64,000 nucleotides of DNA from Chloroflexota bacterium (GCA_009692845.1 SHYK01000003.1:3956-67955), one strand, 5' to 3'; shown: positions 19,770-28,829, counted from the stretch's first letter. The notes: generated from the sequence alone by a model not told the origin. Program-made: numbers and translations.

Positions 19770-19871
19770 GCGGCCGAAAAGCCCGTTCGGCCTGAGCTTG
19801 TCGAAGGCTCGAGGTGGTTCGTCGGGCTCACCACGAACGGATTCTCATGTGCCTCGAGGCTTTTCGGCCGC
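19770..19871. repeat. Stem-loop element: perfect 14-bp inverted repeat enclosing 74 nt of ELVEG/TTNG-type dispersed repeat sequence
   Basis: gcggccgaaaagcc (19770-19783) pairs with ggcttttcggccgc (19858-19871). The interior has cctgagcttgtcgaaggc...gggctcaccacgaacgg. Confidence 0.7.
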
Positions 19872-19882
19872 ACCTCTAAGAG

Positions 19883-22822
19883 CTAGGACAGCGAAGCGAG
19901 CAGCGTCTGTGCTTCCCTCATGTCCGGGATCGCGCCTAGGCGCTCATATATGTCGAGACACTGGTTGGCAACGTCTCGTGCCCGGGTGAGGTCACCCGGC
20001 TGAGCGCGTCGGTGGAAGGCTTGGGCCAGGAGCGTCAAGGTATGGGCCAGGTCATAGGCTTGGCCCTTTGCAGTAAACAAGTCCCGGGATTCCTCCAGGG
20101 CTAGCGCGGCCTCGGCGGGCCGTCCGTTAACGAGGTGAAGGCTCCCGAGGGTGCGGAGCGCCGCGGCCTGGAGCGCTCCCGCGCCAAAAACTGGTACGGC
20201 CATCTCCAGCTGCGCCTGCAGGCGCCCCGCCTCTCCCAAGTCGCCGGCGGCGAGGGCTACCTCGACGGCCACTGGGAGAAACCCTGAATTGCAGAGGGGG
20301 CACTTTCCCAGCCAGGCACTCTGGTTGCCGACCGCTTCCGCCAACACCCGCTGGGCCGCCCCCACGTCTCCGGCACACAGCCACAGCCGCACCAGGTCGG
20401 TGTATACCTCCCCCTTGAGGTGCACCCCGAGGTCCGGGTCCTCCGCCAGAGCCTCCACCCGGCGGAGGTGCTCTCGGGCAGCTTCTGGCCGGCCCCGGGC
20501 CAGCTCGATCTGCACCAGGACCCCCAAGGCTTCTCCCTCCAGTTGCCCGGATCCGGCTTCGCCGATCCCCTCCAAGGCAATCTGGAGGTGCTCGGCGGCC
20601 TCGTCCCACCGCCCCTGGAAGAACAAGACCCTCCCAAGAAACCCCCTCGCCAGGGGCACCGAACGAGCCCCTCCGATGCGCTCAGCTTCTTTCAACAGCG
20701 TGAGCGCAGCCTGCTCCACCTCGTCGAGCGGTTTGGGACCAAGCAGGTCCAGGCCCACGCAGCAGAGGTGGACGTCGAAGCTATGCGCCATCGTCAACGT
20801 ATCCAGAAAGAAAGCCTCGCGCTTGACCGCGAACTCCAACCCCCGGGGGAGATCCCCCAGCAAGTGGTAGGCGAGTGCCAGCATCTCGTAGGCCTGGGCC
20901 ATGTCCACCGGCGAGTCCTCGTGCTCGGCGATATCGAGGCTCTCTTGGGCCAGTTGGCGAGCACGGACAGGGGCGAACTGATAGAGCGCCACGTACGCGG
21001 CCGCCAAAATGGCTCGGGCTCGTTCCAGGGAATCGGCGAGGCTCTCCGCTCCTGCCATCGCCCGCGCGATAAGCTCGGCGGCGGCCGGCGTGTCCCAATC
21101 GCGCAAGGCGGCCAGGGCGGCTTTACGGTACAGGCGAACCTCCACGGTTGGATCCGTCGGACCTCCCGATTCGAGTGCCCGCCGATAGAGCTCCAGGCTT
21201 TTGGCCCATTCTCCGCGCAGGTAGTGGACGTCGGCGAGGCGCTCCAACACTATCGCCGCATTCGCCGGGTGGCCCGGGGCGAGATCAAGCGCCCGCTGGT
21301 AGTGGGCCATGGCTTCCAGCAGGGCGAGTGAGTCGCGTGCTTGGTCACCCGCCTTCACCAAGTAGGCGAACGCTTTCTCCGGGAGCCGAGCCTCCGTGAA
21401 GTGATGTGCGAGCTGAACGGCGATCTCCTCGGTCCGGTCCTCGAACAGCTGCTCTAGCGCGAGGCCGACCTCTCGGTGGGTCAGGGTGCGCTGTAGGGGA
21501 GTCAAGGTTTCGTAGAGATGGTGCTGAAACAGGTTGTGGCGAAAGCGGAACCGGTACAGCTCGTTCTGGCCAAGTGAGACGATCCCCTGCTCCCGGATCA
21601 CCTGGTGCCGCTTCTCGGCATCTTCGATTAGCCGGACTAGCAACGGGCCTTCTTCATCCCGGCGGGCCCGAGCCACGACCTGGGCAGTGAACTCGTCACC
21701 TTCTACGCTGGCGGTGGCGAGTACCTTGTGGAGGTCCTCGTCCAGACGGAGGAACCACTCGTCGATCACTGCCTCCACGCGCGCGGGAAGGTCTTCTAGC
21801 CTGATTGGCCGGGTCTGGATCCACGGTCCATCGGCATCACGGGTAATCGCCCCTTGCTCCGCAAGTTGGCGGAGCAGTTCCACTACGAAGAGCGGATGGC
21901 CCTCGGTTCGCTCGGCGACCAACGCCTGGAACTCGGTGCTCAACAAATGGGGCGCGTAGGCTTGATCGATATAGGTGTGCACAAACGCCGCGGCGCCATC
22001 GCGAGCGTCGAGTCCGTCCTGCGCGGAATCCAGGCTGATTTGGATATCGCCCTCATAGCGCTTCAGCTCATTCAGGATAGGAACCAACGGATGACGCTGG
22101 CCGGCCCGCCCCAGGGCGACATCGCCCGGCCGATACGCCCCCACGAGCAGGATCCGGGACGTCTGGATTCGGCGGGCGAGGTGGAAGAGGAGATCCAGGG
22201 AAGCACAGTCCGCCCACTGCAGGTCGTCTACGAAGACGATGAGCGGAGCGGACGCGGCCAGCTCCGTAAGGAGCCGGGTGTATTCTTCCAGGAGCTGGCG
22301 CTGGTCTAACGGGGTCGCCTCACACCCGGCTTTCTTCTGCCACTCGTTCAGCTTGTTGAGGTGCCCCATCACCCCTTTGTTGCGGAGGACCAGTTGGCCA
22401 GCCTGAGCCAGCACGTAGCCGGGGAGGCCGCCGACGAGCATTGTCGCCATGGGCGCGATCTCCAGGCACACTTCAGCGATTCGACCCAGGCCCTGTCTGA
22501 GACGCGACGCCCCGGTGGCCGTGATGGCTCCCTGGGCAAGCTTCCCCTCTACGTCTCCGAGCAGCAGACTCAGGATCTCTCGGAAGGGGAGATAGGCGTC
22601 CCCGTCGCCCACCTGAGCGTTGCAGTCGCCGGTCGCGACGAGGAGTTGGTCGTTTACGCCCTGGGCACGGCGGGCGAACTCGCGCAGGAGACTCGTCTTC
22701 CCAGCGCCCGGCTCTCCCGCGACAAGCGCCACCCGGCCGTGGCCCGCCAGGACCTGCGCGAGGAATCCATCGAGCCGCTCCATCTCGCGTTGGCGGCCGA
22801 CGAAGAGGCCCTCAGGGACCAT
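19883..22822 (-). CDS. STAND-type NTPase (AAA_16-like P-loop) with a long TPR-like helical repeat region; no recognisable effector or DNA-binding domain
   Basis: The Walker A motif GEPGAGKT sits at residue ~37, with no N-terminal domain before it. Walker B is LIVFVDDLQWAD. The C-terminal ~500 aa are Ala/Leu-rich, TPR-like (AHYQRALDL, LYRRALE, ...). Confidence 0.7.
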   Translation of the reverse strand: MVPEGLFVGRQREMERLDGFLAQVLAGHGRVALVAGEPGAGKTSLLREFARRAQGVNDQLLVATGDCNAQVGDGDAYLPFREILSLLLGDVEGKLAQGAITATGASRLRQGLGRIAEVCLEIAPMATMLVGGLPGYVLAQAGQLVLRNKGVMGHLNKLNEWQKKAGCEATPLDQRQLLEEYTRLLTELAASAPLIVFVDDLQWADCASLDLLFHLARRIQTSRILLVGAYRPGDVALGRAGQRHPLVPILNELKRYEGDIQISLDSAQDGLDARDGAAAFVHTYIDQAYAPHLLSTEFQALVAERTEGHPLFVVELLRQLAEQGAITRDADGPWIQTRPIRLEDLPARVEAVIDEWFLRLDEDLHKVLATASVEGDEFTAQVVARARRDEEGPLLVRLIEDAEKRHQVIREQGIVSLGQNELYRFRFRHNLFQHHLYETLTPLQRTLTHREVGLALEQLFEDRTEEIAVQLAHHFTEARLPEKAFAYLVKAGDQARDSLALLEAMAHYQRALDLAPGHPANAAIVLERLADVHYLRGEWAKSLELYRRALESGGPTDPTVEVRLYRKAALAALRDWDTPAAAELIARAMAGAESLADSLERARAILAAAYVALYQFAPVRARQLAQESLDIAEHEDSPVDMAQAYEMLALAYHLLGDLPRGLEFAVKREAFFLDTLTMAHSFDVHLCCVGLDLLGPKPLDEVEQAALTLLKEAERIGGARSVPLARGFLGRVLFFQGRWDEAAEHLQIALEGIGEAGSGQLEGEALGVLVQIELARGRPEAAREHLRRVEALAEDPDLGVHLKGEVYTDLVRLWLCAGDVGAAQRVLAEAVGNQSAWLGKCPLCNSGFLPVAVEVALAAGDLGEAGRLQAQLEMAVPVFGAGALQAAALRTLGSLHLVNGRPAEAALALEESRDLFTAKGQAYDLAHTLTLLAQAFHRRAQPGDLTRARDVANQCLDIYERLGAIPDMREAQTLLASLS

Positions 22823-23026
22823 ATAGAGGCTTCCCTCGAGCGAAATTTATCCCGGCGCCTTGCGGCACCGCGGCCCGCGAAGGATATACCCGCGCCAGCT
22901 CCCGAGCCAACGCAAAAGGGGCTTGCCGTACGTGGAGGGCGAGCACTGTCCGCCGGCCACCACCCTCCTCGGCATCTCGCCGGGCACGATGTAGGTGGCT
23001 CAAATCGCGGTTTTGCGGCCCGGCTT

Positions 23027-24484
23027 TTAGGGCAGGGGTGGGATGGTGGGGGTCCACTGGCCGGTGGCTTCGTAGGCTCGGGCGACTCGAAAGAGCATCT
23101 CTTCGCCGAGCGGGGGACCGATGAGCTGGAGACCGACCGGGAGACCGTCGGAGAGCCCGCAGGGAATACTCATGCCGGGAAGGCCGGCCAGGTTGACGGG
23201 TAGGGTGCAGACGTCGGACAAATACATGGATAGCGGGTCCTGGGTCTTGGAGCCGAGCGGGAAGGCGACCGTTGGCGAGGTCGGGGCGACCAGGACGTCG
23301 AAGCGGGCGAAGGCTTGGTCGAAATCGGCTTTGATCAAGGTGCGGACTTTCTGGGCCTTCAAATAGTAGGCGTCGTAGTAGCCGGCCGATAGGGCGTAGG
23401 TGCCCAGCATAATGCGCCGCTTGACCTCGGGGCCGAAGCCCTCGCCGCGGGTTCGCTGGTAGGAATCGAGTACGCTGGTCGGGTTGGGGGCGCGGTAGCC
23501 GTATTTGACGCTGTCGTAGCGGGCCAGGTTGGCGCTCGCTTCGGCGGGGGCGATCAGATAGTAGGCCGCGAGCGCGTATTGGGTGTGGGGGAGGGACACG
23601 GTGTCCACCTGGGCGCCCAGCTCGATGAGCGTGTCGATGGCGCGGCGGACGCCGTTCTCCACGCCGGGCTCCATCCCGCTGACGAAGTATTCATCGGGCA
23701 CCCCCACCCGAATTCCGCGGAGGCTGCCCGGGGGCAGGGACGAATAGTCCGGAACCGGATCGGGGAGCGAGGTGGCATCACGGGGGTCGTGGCCAGCAAT
23801 GACCCGGAGCATTAGCGCGCAGTCCGGGACGGTGCGGGCGAAGGGGCCGACCTGGTCCAAGGATGAAGCGAAGGCGATGACCCCGTAGCGGGAGACGCGG
23901 CCATAGGTGGGCTTGATGCCGACCACGCCGCACAGGGAAGCGGGCTGGCGAATTGATCCGCCGGTGTCAGTGCCCAGCGAGGCAGCGGCCAGGCCGGCCG
24001 AAACGGCGGCAGCGGATCCGCCGCTCGATCCGCCGGGGACTCGACCGAGATCCCAGGGATTGTGGGTCGGCATGAATGCGGAGTTCTCGGTCGAGGAGCC
24101 CATGGCGAACTCGTCCATGTTGGTCTTGCCCAGCAGCACCGCCCCGGCCTCGCTCAGCCGCTCGGCCACGGTGGCGTCGTAGGGAGGGATGAACCCTTTC
24201 AGGATGCGGGAGCCGCAGGTGGTCTCGATTCCCCGAGTGCAGAAAATGTCTTTGAGGGCGATCGGGATGCCGAGCAGCGGTTGGGCATGGCCTTCGGCCC
24301 GACGGAGATCGGCCTGGCGGGCGGCGGCCCGGGCTTGATCGGCGGTGACGGTGAGATAGGCCTGGACGGAGGGGTCGATCCGCTCGATGCGGGTCAGATA
24401 GGCCTCGGTGAGGTCCAGTGAGGAGATTTCTTTGCGGTCGAGGGCGGCCAGGGCCTCGTGAATGGAAAGCTCGTAGAGCTCCAA
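23027..24484 (-). CDS. gatA: Glu-tRNA(Gln)/Asp-tRNA(Asn) amidotransferase subunit A
   Basis: Amidase signature [14 protein letters not shown]. The likely start is the TTG at 24484 ([12 protein letters not shown]...), 4 nt after the gatC stop, which gives 485 aa. The longer ATG-initiated ORF (to 24559) would overlap gatC. Confidence 0.9.
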   Translation of the reverse strand: MELYELSIHEALAALDRKEISSLDLTEAYLTRIERIDPSVQAYLTVTADQARAAARQADLRRAEGHAQPLLGIPIALKDIFCTRGIETTCGSRILKGFIPPYDATVAERLSEAGAVLLGKTNMDEFAMGSSTENSAFMPTHNPWDLGRVPGGSSGGSAAAVSAGLAAASLGTDTGGSIRQPASLCGVVGIKPTYGRVSRYGVIAFASSLDQVGPFARTVPDCALMLRVIAGHDPRDATSLPDPVPDYSSLPPGSLRGIRVGVPDEYFVSGMEPGVENGVRRAIDTLIELGAQVDTVSLPHTQYALAAYYLIAPAEASANLARYDSVKYGYRAPNPTSVLDSYQRTRGEGFGPEVKRRIMLGTYALSAGYYDAYYLKAQKVRTLIKADFDQAFARFDVLVAPTSPTVAFPLGSKTQDPLSMYLSDVCTLPVNLAGLPGMSIPCGLSDGLPVGLQLIGPPLGEEMLFRVARAYEATGQWTPTIPPLP

Positions 24485-24488
24485 TGGC

Positions 24489-24773
24489 CTACTCGAAGAC
24501 CGGCGGGAATCGGAAGAAGTCGTCCTCGCGGTCGGGCGCATTGGACAGAACGTCCTCAACCGATAACGACGTGGCAGGCTCGTCGGCTCGGAACACGTTG
24601 CGGAGCGGGATGACCTGGGCGGTGGGTGGAATCCCCGAAGTATCGACCTGACTCAAGGCTTGCATGTATTCGAGGATCGAAGACAGCTGTGTCTGGAGGA
24701 GCTGCTTCTCCGCCTCGGTAAGGCCGAGCCGAGCCAGCATGGCAGCGTGATCGACGTCTTCTCGGCTGATCAT
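24489..24773 (-). CDS. gatC: Asp/Glu-tRNA amidotransferase subunit C
   Basis: 94 aa: [47 protein letters not shown], a typical GatC. Confidence 0.9.
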   Translation of the reverse strand: MISREDVDHAAMLARLGLTEAEKQLLQTQLSSILEYMQALSQVDTSGIPPTAQVIPLRNVFRADEPATSLSVEDVLSNAPDREDDFFRFPPVFE

Positions 24774-25005
24774 GCGGCGGGCACCCCTGCAAAGTGTCGT
24801 TTTTCAAGCGGTGGCCCTTCGAGTGCCTCAGGGCGAACGGGTATTTTCTAAGCGGCCGCCATTGGCTCGCGGTCTGGTGGGATTGTAACGCGGGCTTGGG
24901 CCCGAACGGCGGCTATGATGTGCTGAGAAGATGCCTAGGGACCTGGGAGCACTCAGGGCGATGGGGGCGCCGGTTCTGGCGGGGCCGCAAAGTAAGTGTA
25001 ACGAG

Positions 25006-25968
25006 ATGGAGGGCGACTGGGCCGTGACGTCCCCGGTGTTCGTGATTGTCAATCCGGCGGCGGGTAATGGAGCCGCACGGAGGGCGTGGCCGGCGGTGCA
25101 GAGCCGACTCCAGGCGCTGGGGATTCGGTATGAGCTCGAATTCAGCCAGGGACGGATGACGGCAGAAAGCTTCGCGCGGCAGGCACTGCGGGCTGGGTCG
25201 GAGACCATTGTGGCGGTGGGTGGGGACGGCACGATCAGTGAGGTGGTGAACGGGTTTTTCCTGAAGGACGCCCCGGTCAGACCCGGGGCGCGGCTGCTCA
25301 TCGTGCCGGCGGGGAGCTCGTCCGATATCGCTTTGGGGTTGGGGATCCCGGCGGGGGCGGCAGCGGTTGACTTGATCTGGGACGGTCAGCTCACCAGTAT
25401 TGACGTGGGCAGAGCCGCATTTGTCGAGGACGGGCGCCCGACCGTCCGCTTCTTTCTGAATAGCGCGGACATCGGTCTGGGGGCACGAATCGCGCACCGG
25501 GCGGCTGGCTTGAAGTGGGCAGGCGGTCGACTCGCTTTTCTCGTCTCCAGCCTCCGGTCGCTGATCGACGCGGAGGCCTGGTCGGGAAGCGTGCAGATCG
25601 ACGATGGGCCGTTGGAACCGATCCACGCCCTGACTGCGCTGGTTGCCCTGGGTCCCTACACGGGGGCCGGAATGCAGGTCGCTCCGGGCGCGAAATGGGA
25701 CGATGGGGTTTTCGACCTGGTGGTGATCGACGACATGCCCAGGATCGAGCTCTTGCGTAGCTTTTCGCGGGTCTATGACGGAACTCTGCTTTCCCATCCC
25801 CGAGTGCACCATCACACCGGCCGCAAAATCTTGATTGAGGTGGGGCCTGGAGGGGCGACGGGAAAGACGGCTGTCGCGCTTGAGCTGGACGGGGAGACCG
25901 TAGGCTCCGGTGGCGCGGAATTCCGTATCCTTCCCGCGGCATTGCAGGTCTTCGTTCCGAAGCCATAG
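25006..25968 (+). CDS. Diacylglycerol kinase-family lipid kinase, copy 2
   Basis: VFVIVNPAAGNG and GGDGTISEVVNGF. The start is taken at the ATG at 25006; the ORF is open from 24931. Confidence 0.7.
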   Translation: MEGDWAVTSPVFVIVNPAAGNGAARRAWPAVQSRLQALGIRYELEFSQGRMTAESFARQALRAGSETIVAVGGDGTISEVVNGFFLKDAPVRPGARLLIVPAGSSSDIALGLGIPAGAAAVDLIWDGQLTSIDVGRAAFVEDGRPTVRFFLNSADIGLGARIAHRAAGLKWAGGRLAFLVSSLRSLIDAEAWSGSVQIDDGPLEPIHALTALVALGPYTGAGMQVAPGAKWDDGVFDLVVIDDMPRIELLRSFSRVYDGTLLSHPRVHHHTGRKILIEVGPGGATGKTAVALELDGETVGSGGAEFRILPAALQVFVPKP

Positions 25969-25994
25969 AGGCCGAGTAGCATGGGTCCAAGGAG

Positions 25995-27716
25995 GTGGCG
26001 ATGGCGAACTCAGGAGCGACTGTCGAGTTGAAGCGCGATCTCCCGACGGTGCCGCGGGTGGTCATTGTGGGCGGAGGGTTCGCGGGGGTGGCGGTTGCCC
26101 AGGAGTTGGAGAAGCAGCTACCGCGCGGCGCGGCCGACGTTCAGCTCATTAGCAAGGACAATTTCTTCGTGTTTCAGCCCATGCTGCCGGAGGTGGCGGG
26201 CGGGAGTATCGAAGCTCACCACATCTTGAACTCATTACGGCAGCTGTGCCCCCACACCACGGTCTCTCTGGGCACGGTTAGCAGCATCGATATGGACAAT
26301 AAGTCGCTTGAGTTCATCCATGGGACCCATGAGTACCACACCACCGTCCCCTACGATTATCTGGTGCTGGCCTTCGGCTCGGTAACCAATTTCTCAGAGC
26401 TCACGGGCATGGCACAGCATGCGCTGGGCCTGAAGACCGTGGGCGACGCGCTGTACCTCCGCAACCACATCCTCAGCATGCTCGAGGAAGCGGATGTCGA
26501 AGTCGACCCGGCGCGGCGACGCGAGATGCTGACTTTTGTGGTGGTCGGGGGTGGATTTTCTGGGGTAGAGACGGTCGCGGAGCTCAACGACTTCGTGCGA
26601 GGAGCGACGCGGTTCTACAGCCGGATCCATCCCGAGGACGTGCGGGTGGTGCTGGTCCACGCGGGCGCCCGGATTCTGCCGGAGCTGAGCGAAGAGCTGG
26701 GTGCCATCGCGATGAAGAGGCTGGTTCAGCAGGATGTGGACGTGCGGCTGAACTCGATGCTCGGAGCGTGCACGCAATCGGAAGCGATCCTCAAGGGAGG
26801 CGAAGAGATTGCCACCCGGACCCTGGTGTGCACCATTGGAGCGGCGGCGAACCCATTGCTGGCCACAACTGACTGCCCCAAGGACGAACGGGGCCGGATC
26901 AAGGTCAACGAATTTCTCGAAGTCGAGGGTCGACCGGAGGTCTGGGCGCTGGGCGATTGCACGGCGGTGCCGAACCAGGCAACCGGGGTGCTGGCTCCCC
27001 CGACCGCCCAGTTTGCGCAACGGGAAGGCAAGCTGGTCGCTCGGAACATCGCGGCTGCCGTCAAAGGGCAGGGATCGCGAGAGTCCTTCCATCATCCGGG
27101 GCTGGGCCAATTCGTGGCGGTTGGCCGCCGCTTCGCGGTGGCGAATGTGCTGGGGATGAATGTCTCGGGATTTCTGGCCTGGTGGCTGTGGCGCTCAGTC
27201 TACCTCATGAAGCTGCCGGGACTCTCGCGGAAAGTCCGAGTTGCGATTGATTGGACCCTAGACCTGGTTTTTGGCCGAGATATTGTGGACATGCAGTTAG
27301 CCCGAGCCGACCGGGTCGGCCGCCAACATTATGAGCCGGGGGATTTTGTGCTGCGCCAGGGCGAGCCGGTCGGGCTGTTCTATGTGATCATCGAGGGCGA
27401 GGCGGAAGTCGCGCGCCAGCTTCCGGACGGGACGGAAACGGTGCTTGCCCATCTGGGGACGGGCGACCATTTTGGAGAGATGGCGCTCCTGCAGCATCGC
27501 GAGCGTCACAGCGCCAGTGTGCGCGCCTTAACAACGCTGAACGTGCTCACCCCTGGGCCGGGACGACTTCACCGTCCTGGCGAGACGCTGGCAAAGCCTG
27601 CAGGGTGCTCTAGACACGGTGGTTCAGCCGCAAAAGTAAGAGGGGAACGCCCGCCCGCCCGCCCCCTGGGGCCTGCGGCCCCTGACCCCCGCTTTCCGGG
27701 GTGGGGTCCAGAATGA
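25995..27716 (+). CDS. ndh: Type II NADH dehydrogenase (NDH-2) fused to a C-terminal cyclic-nucleotide-binding domain; 3' end apparently frameshifted
   Basis: There are two GxGxxG dinucleotide folds (VVIVGGGFAGV, FVVVGGGFSGVE), then a membrane-associating helix (FLAWWLWRSVYLMKLPG). A cNMP domain follows (GDFVLRQGEPVGLFYVIIEGEAEV...GDHFGEMALL...RHSASVRA). After nt ~27552 the cNMP-like sequence continues in the +1 frame to a TAA at 27637-27639. Confidence 0.8.
   Translation: MAMANSGATVELKRDLPTVPRVVIVGGGFAGVAVAQELEKQLPRGAADVQLISKDNFFVFQPMLPEVAGGSIEAHHILNSLRQLCPHTTVSLGTVSSIDMDNKSLEFIHGTHEYHTTVPYDYLVLAFGSVTNFSELTGMAQHALGLKTVGDALYLRNHILSMLEEADVEVDPARRREMLTFVVVGGGFSGVETVAELNDFVRGATRFYSRIHPEDVRVVLVHAGARILPELSEELGAIAMKRLVQQDVDVRLNSMLGACTQSEAILKGGEEIATRTLVCTIGAAANPLLATTDCPKDERGRIKVNEFLEVEGRPEVWALGDCTAVPNQATGVLAPPTAQFAQREGKLVARNIAAAVKGQGSRESFHHPGLGQFVAVGRRFAVANVLGMNVSGFLAWWLWRSVYLMKLPGLSRKVRVAIDWTLDLVFGRDIVDMQLARADRVGRQHYEPGDFVLRQGEPVGLFYVIIEGEAEVARQLPDGTETVLAHLGTGDHFGEMALLQHRERHSASVRALTTLNVLTPGPGRLHRPGETLAKPAGCSRHGGSAAKVRGERPPARPLGPAAPDPRFPGWGPE
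27640..27690 (+). repeat. Copy of the bipartite post-stop GC-rich element (inside the read-through tail of the ndh ORF)
   Basis: gaggggaacgcccgcccgcccgccccctggggcctgcggcccctgaccccc. A box-A-like GGAAcGCCCGCCC is followed by the hairpin ggggcc-tgc-ggcccc. It starts right after the alternative-frame TAA. Confidence 0.6.
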
Positions 27717-27845
27717 CCGGTCGCCCGGGTCGGCGGTCCGGGTACTCGAACGGGCAACTGGGATCATGAGCGTCCTGGACTTCCGTGCCAAGTAACCAGC
27801 TTGCTGGTGCCGGGAGCCGCGGGCGGTTCGCCCCGGCGGCGCCGT

Positions 27846-28241
27846 CTAGGATTCAGGCGGCGGTGCCTGGCCAATGCGCTCAGTTGCCGGATTGGGTCCT
27901 TGGCCAGCCAGCTCCGGGTCAGATGCCGCTGCTCGTGTAATGGGCGGCTGCGGTAGCGCCTGTCGCTGCAGCTGTTTGGCGAGATCGAGGGACTGGTGCT
28001 CGTGGGCACGCGCCTGTTCTCGCAAGGCATGCATGGCCCGGCGATGCTGGACCTCTCGCACCAGACCGAAAGCGAAGGTGAGAGCCGCGCCCAGTGTCGC
28101 GGCGATCAAGACGAGCAGGGACAGGGCGACCTGTTCGATGCTGAACGCCAGGAAGTTGAGGGTAACCGGCGTCGTGTTCTGCACCGCGAAGAGGGCAATG
28201 GCGACCGCGAAAACCAAAAAGAGGACTAAAGCCAGCTGCAT
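27846..28241 (-). CDS. LapA-domain (DUF1049-like) small membrane protein
   Basis: Two N-terminal TM helices (LVLFLVFAVAIALFAV, LSLLVLIAATLGAALTFAFGL) are followed by a charged coiled tail. 131 aa. Confidence 0.5.
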   Translation of the reverse strand: MQLALVLFLVFAVAIALFAVQNTTPVTLNFLAFSIEQVALSLLVLIAATLGAALTFAFGLVREVQHRRAMHALREQARAHEHQSLDLAKQLQRQALPQPPITRAAASDPELAGQGPNPATERIGQAPPPES

Positions 28242-28262
28242 CGAATACCCCTTCGTGCGGTG

Positions 28263-28829
28263 TCAGCCACCGGCGGCGGCGGGCGCGACCCGGCCATCCG
28301 GCGGGGCCGGGGCGCCGGTCACCTGGACCTGACCGGTCATGCCAGATCCCTGGTGATACTTGCAGAAAAAGGTGATGGGGCCAGTGAATGGCACGCTGAA
28401 ATCGATCTGAAGCGAGCCGTTGGCTGGAATATCGCGGTCGACCCCGATCGCGGTGGAGCTGAAATTGTGCAGGGTGGACGAGCTGTTCCTGAGGGTGAGG
28501 GACACCTTTTCCCCCGGTCGCCCGCCCAGGCTGTTCGGGGCGAAGGAAAAATTGCTCGCCGTCATATTGATCACGGTCGGTCCAGAGGCCGTCGTGAGAT
28601 CAGTGCGGGGGGCTGCGACTGTGCCAGCCGGGGACCCGGCAGTATTTGCCAGGGGTGCGGCCGTGGTGAGAGGGCGCTGGCCGTTCTGGACGGCGGCGCC
28701 TGATGGAGTGCTTGAGCTCGGGGAGCTGCACGCGGTGATTCCGAGTAGCAGGACCGCGGCCCCCAGGATTGCTGCTCCGTGGAGCGACGACCGCCAGACC
28801 GAGCGCCTGACGTGGAGCTTAATCCTCAT
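28263..28829 (-). CDS. Cupredoxin (plastocyanin/amicyanin-like type 1 copper) lipoprotein
   Basis: Starts at MRIKLHV. Signal peptide with lipobox LLGITAC. The C-terminal ligand loop FFCKYHQGSGM has the C-x2-H-x4-M pattern. The longer listed ORF (to 29648) is an antisense extension over the PanB-like gene. Confidence 0.7.
   Translation of the reverse strand: MRIKLHVRRSVWRSSLHGAAILGAAVLLLGITACSSPSSSTPSGAAVQNGQRPLTTAAPLANTAGSPAGTVAAPRTDLTTASGPTVINMTASNFSFAPNSLGGRPGEKVSLTLRNSSSTLHNFSSTAIGVDRDIPANGSLQIDFSVPFTGPITFFCKYHQGSGMTGQVQVTGAPAPPDGRVAPAAAGG

Noticed and set aside
19761-19889. The 8-bp direct repeat gctaggac flanking the 14-bp-IR element, considered as a target-site duplication of a MITE.
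   Set aside because: The right copy is separated from the inverted repeat by 10 nt and overlaps the stop codon of the STAND gene. A chance match cannot be excluded, and no transposase-related sequence is present. The sequence observation is kept in a finding; the MITE claim is not made.
19883-22822. The STAND NTPase considered as an Avs/NLR-type antiphage defence protein.
   Set aside because: No N-terminal effector (nuclease, protease, TIR, etc.) precedes the P-loop, and there are no defence neighbours. From sequence alone it cannot be told apart from regulatory AAA_16/TPR proteins.
24485-24559. The ATG-initiated N-terminal extension of gatA ([25 protein letters not shown]...).
   Set aside because: It overlaps the gatC coding sequence and lacks similarity to GatA N-termini. 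The TTG at 24484 gives the canonical ~485-aa protein starting [12 protein letters not shown].
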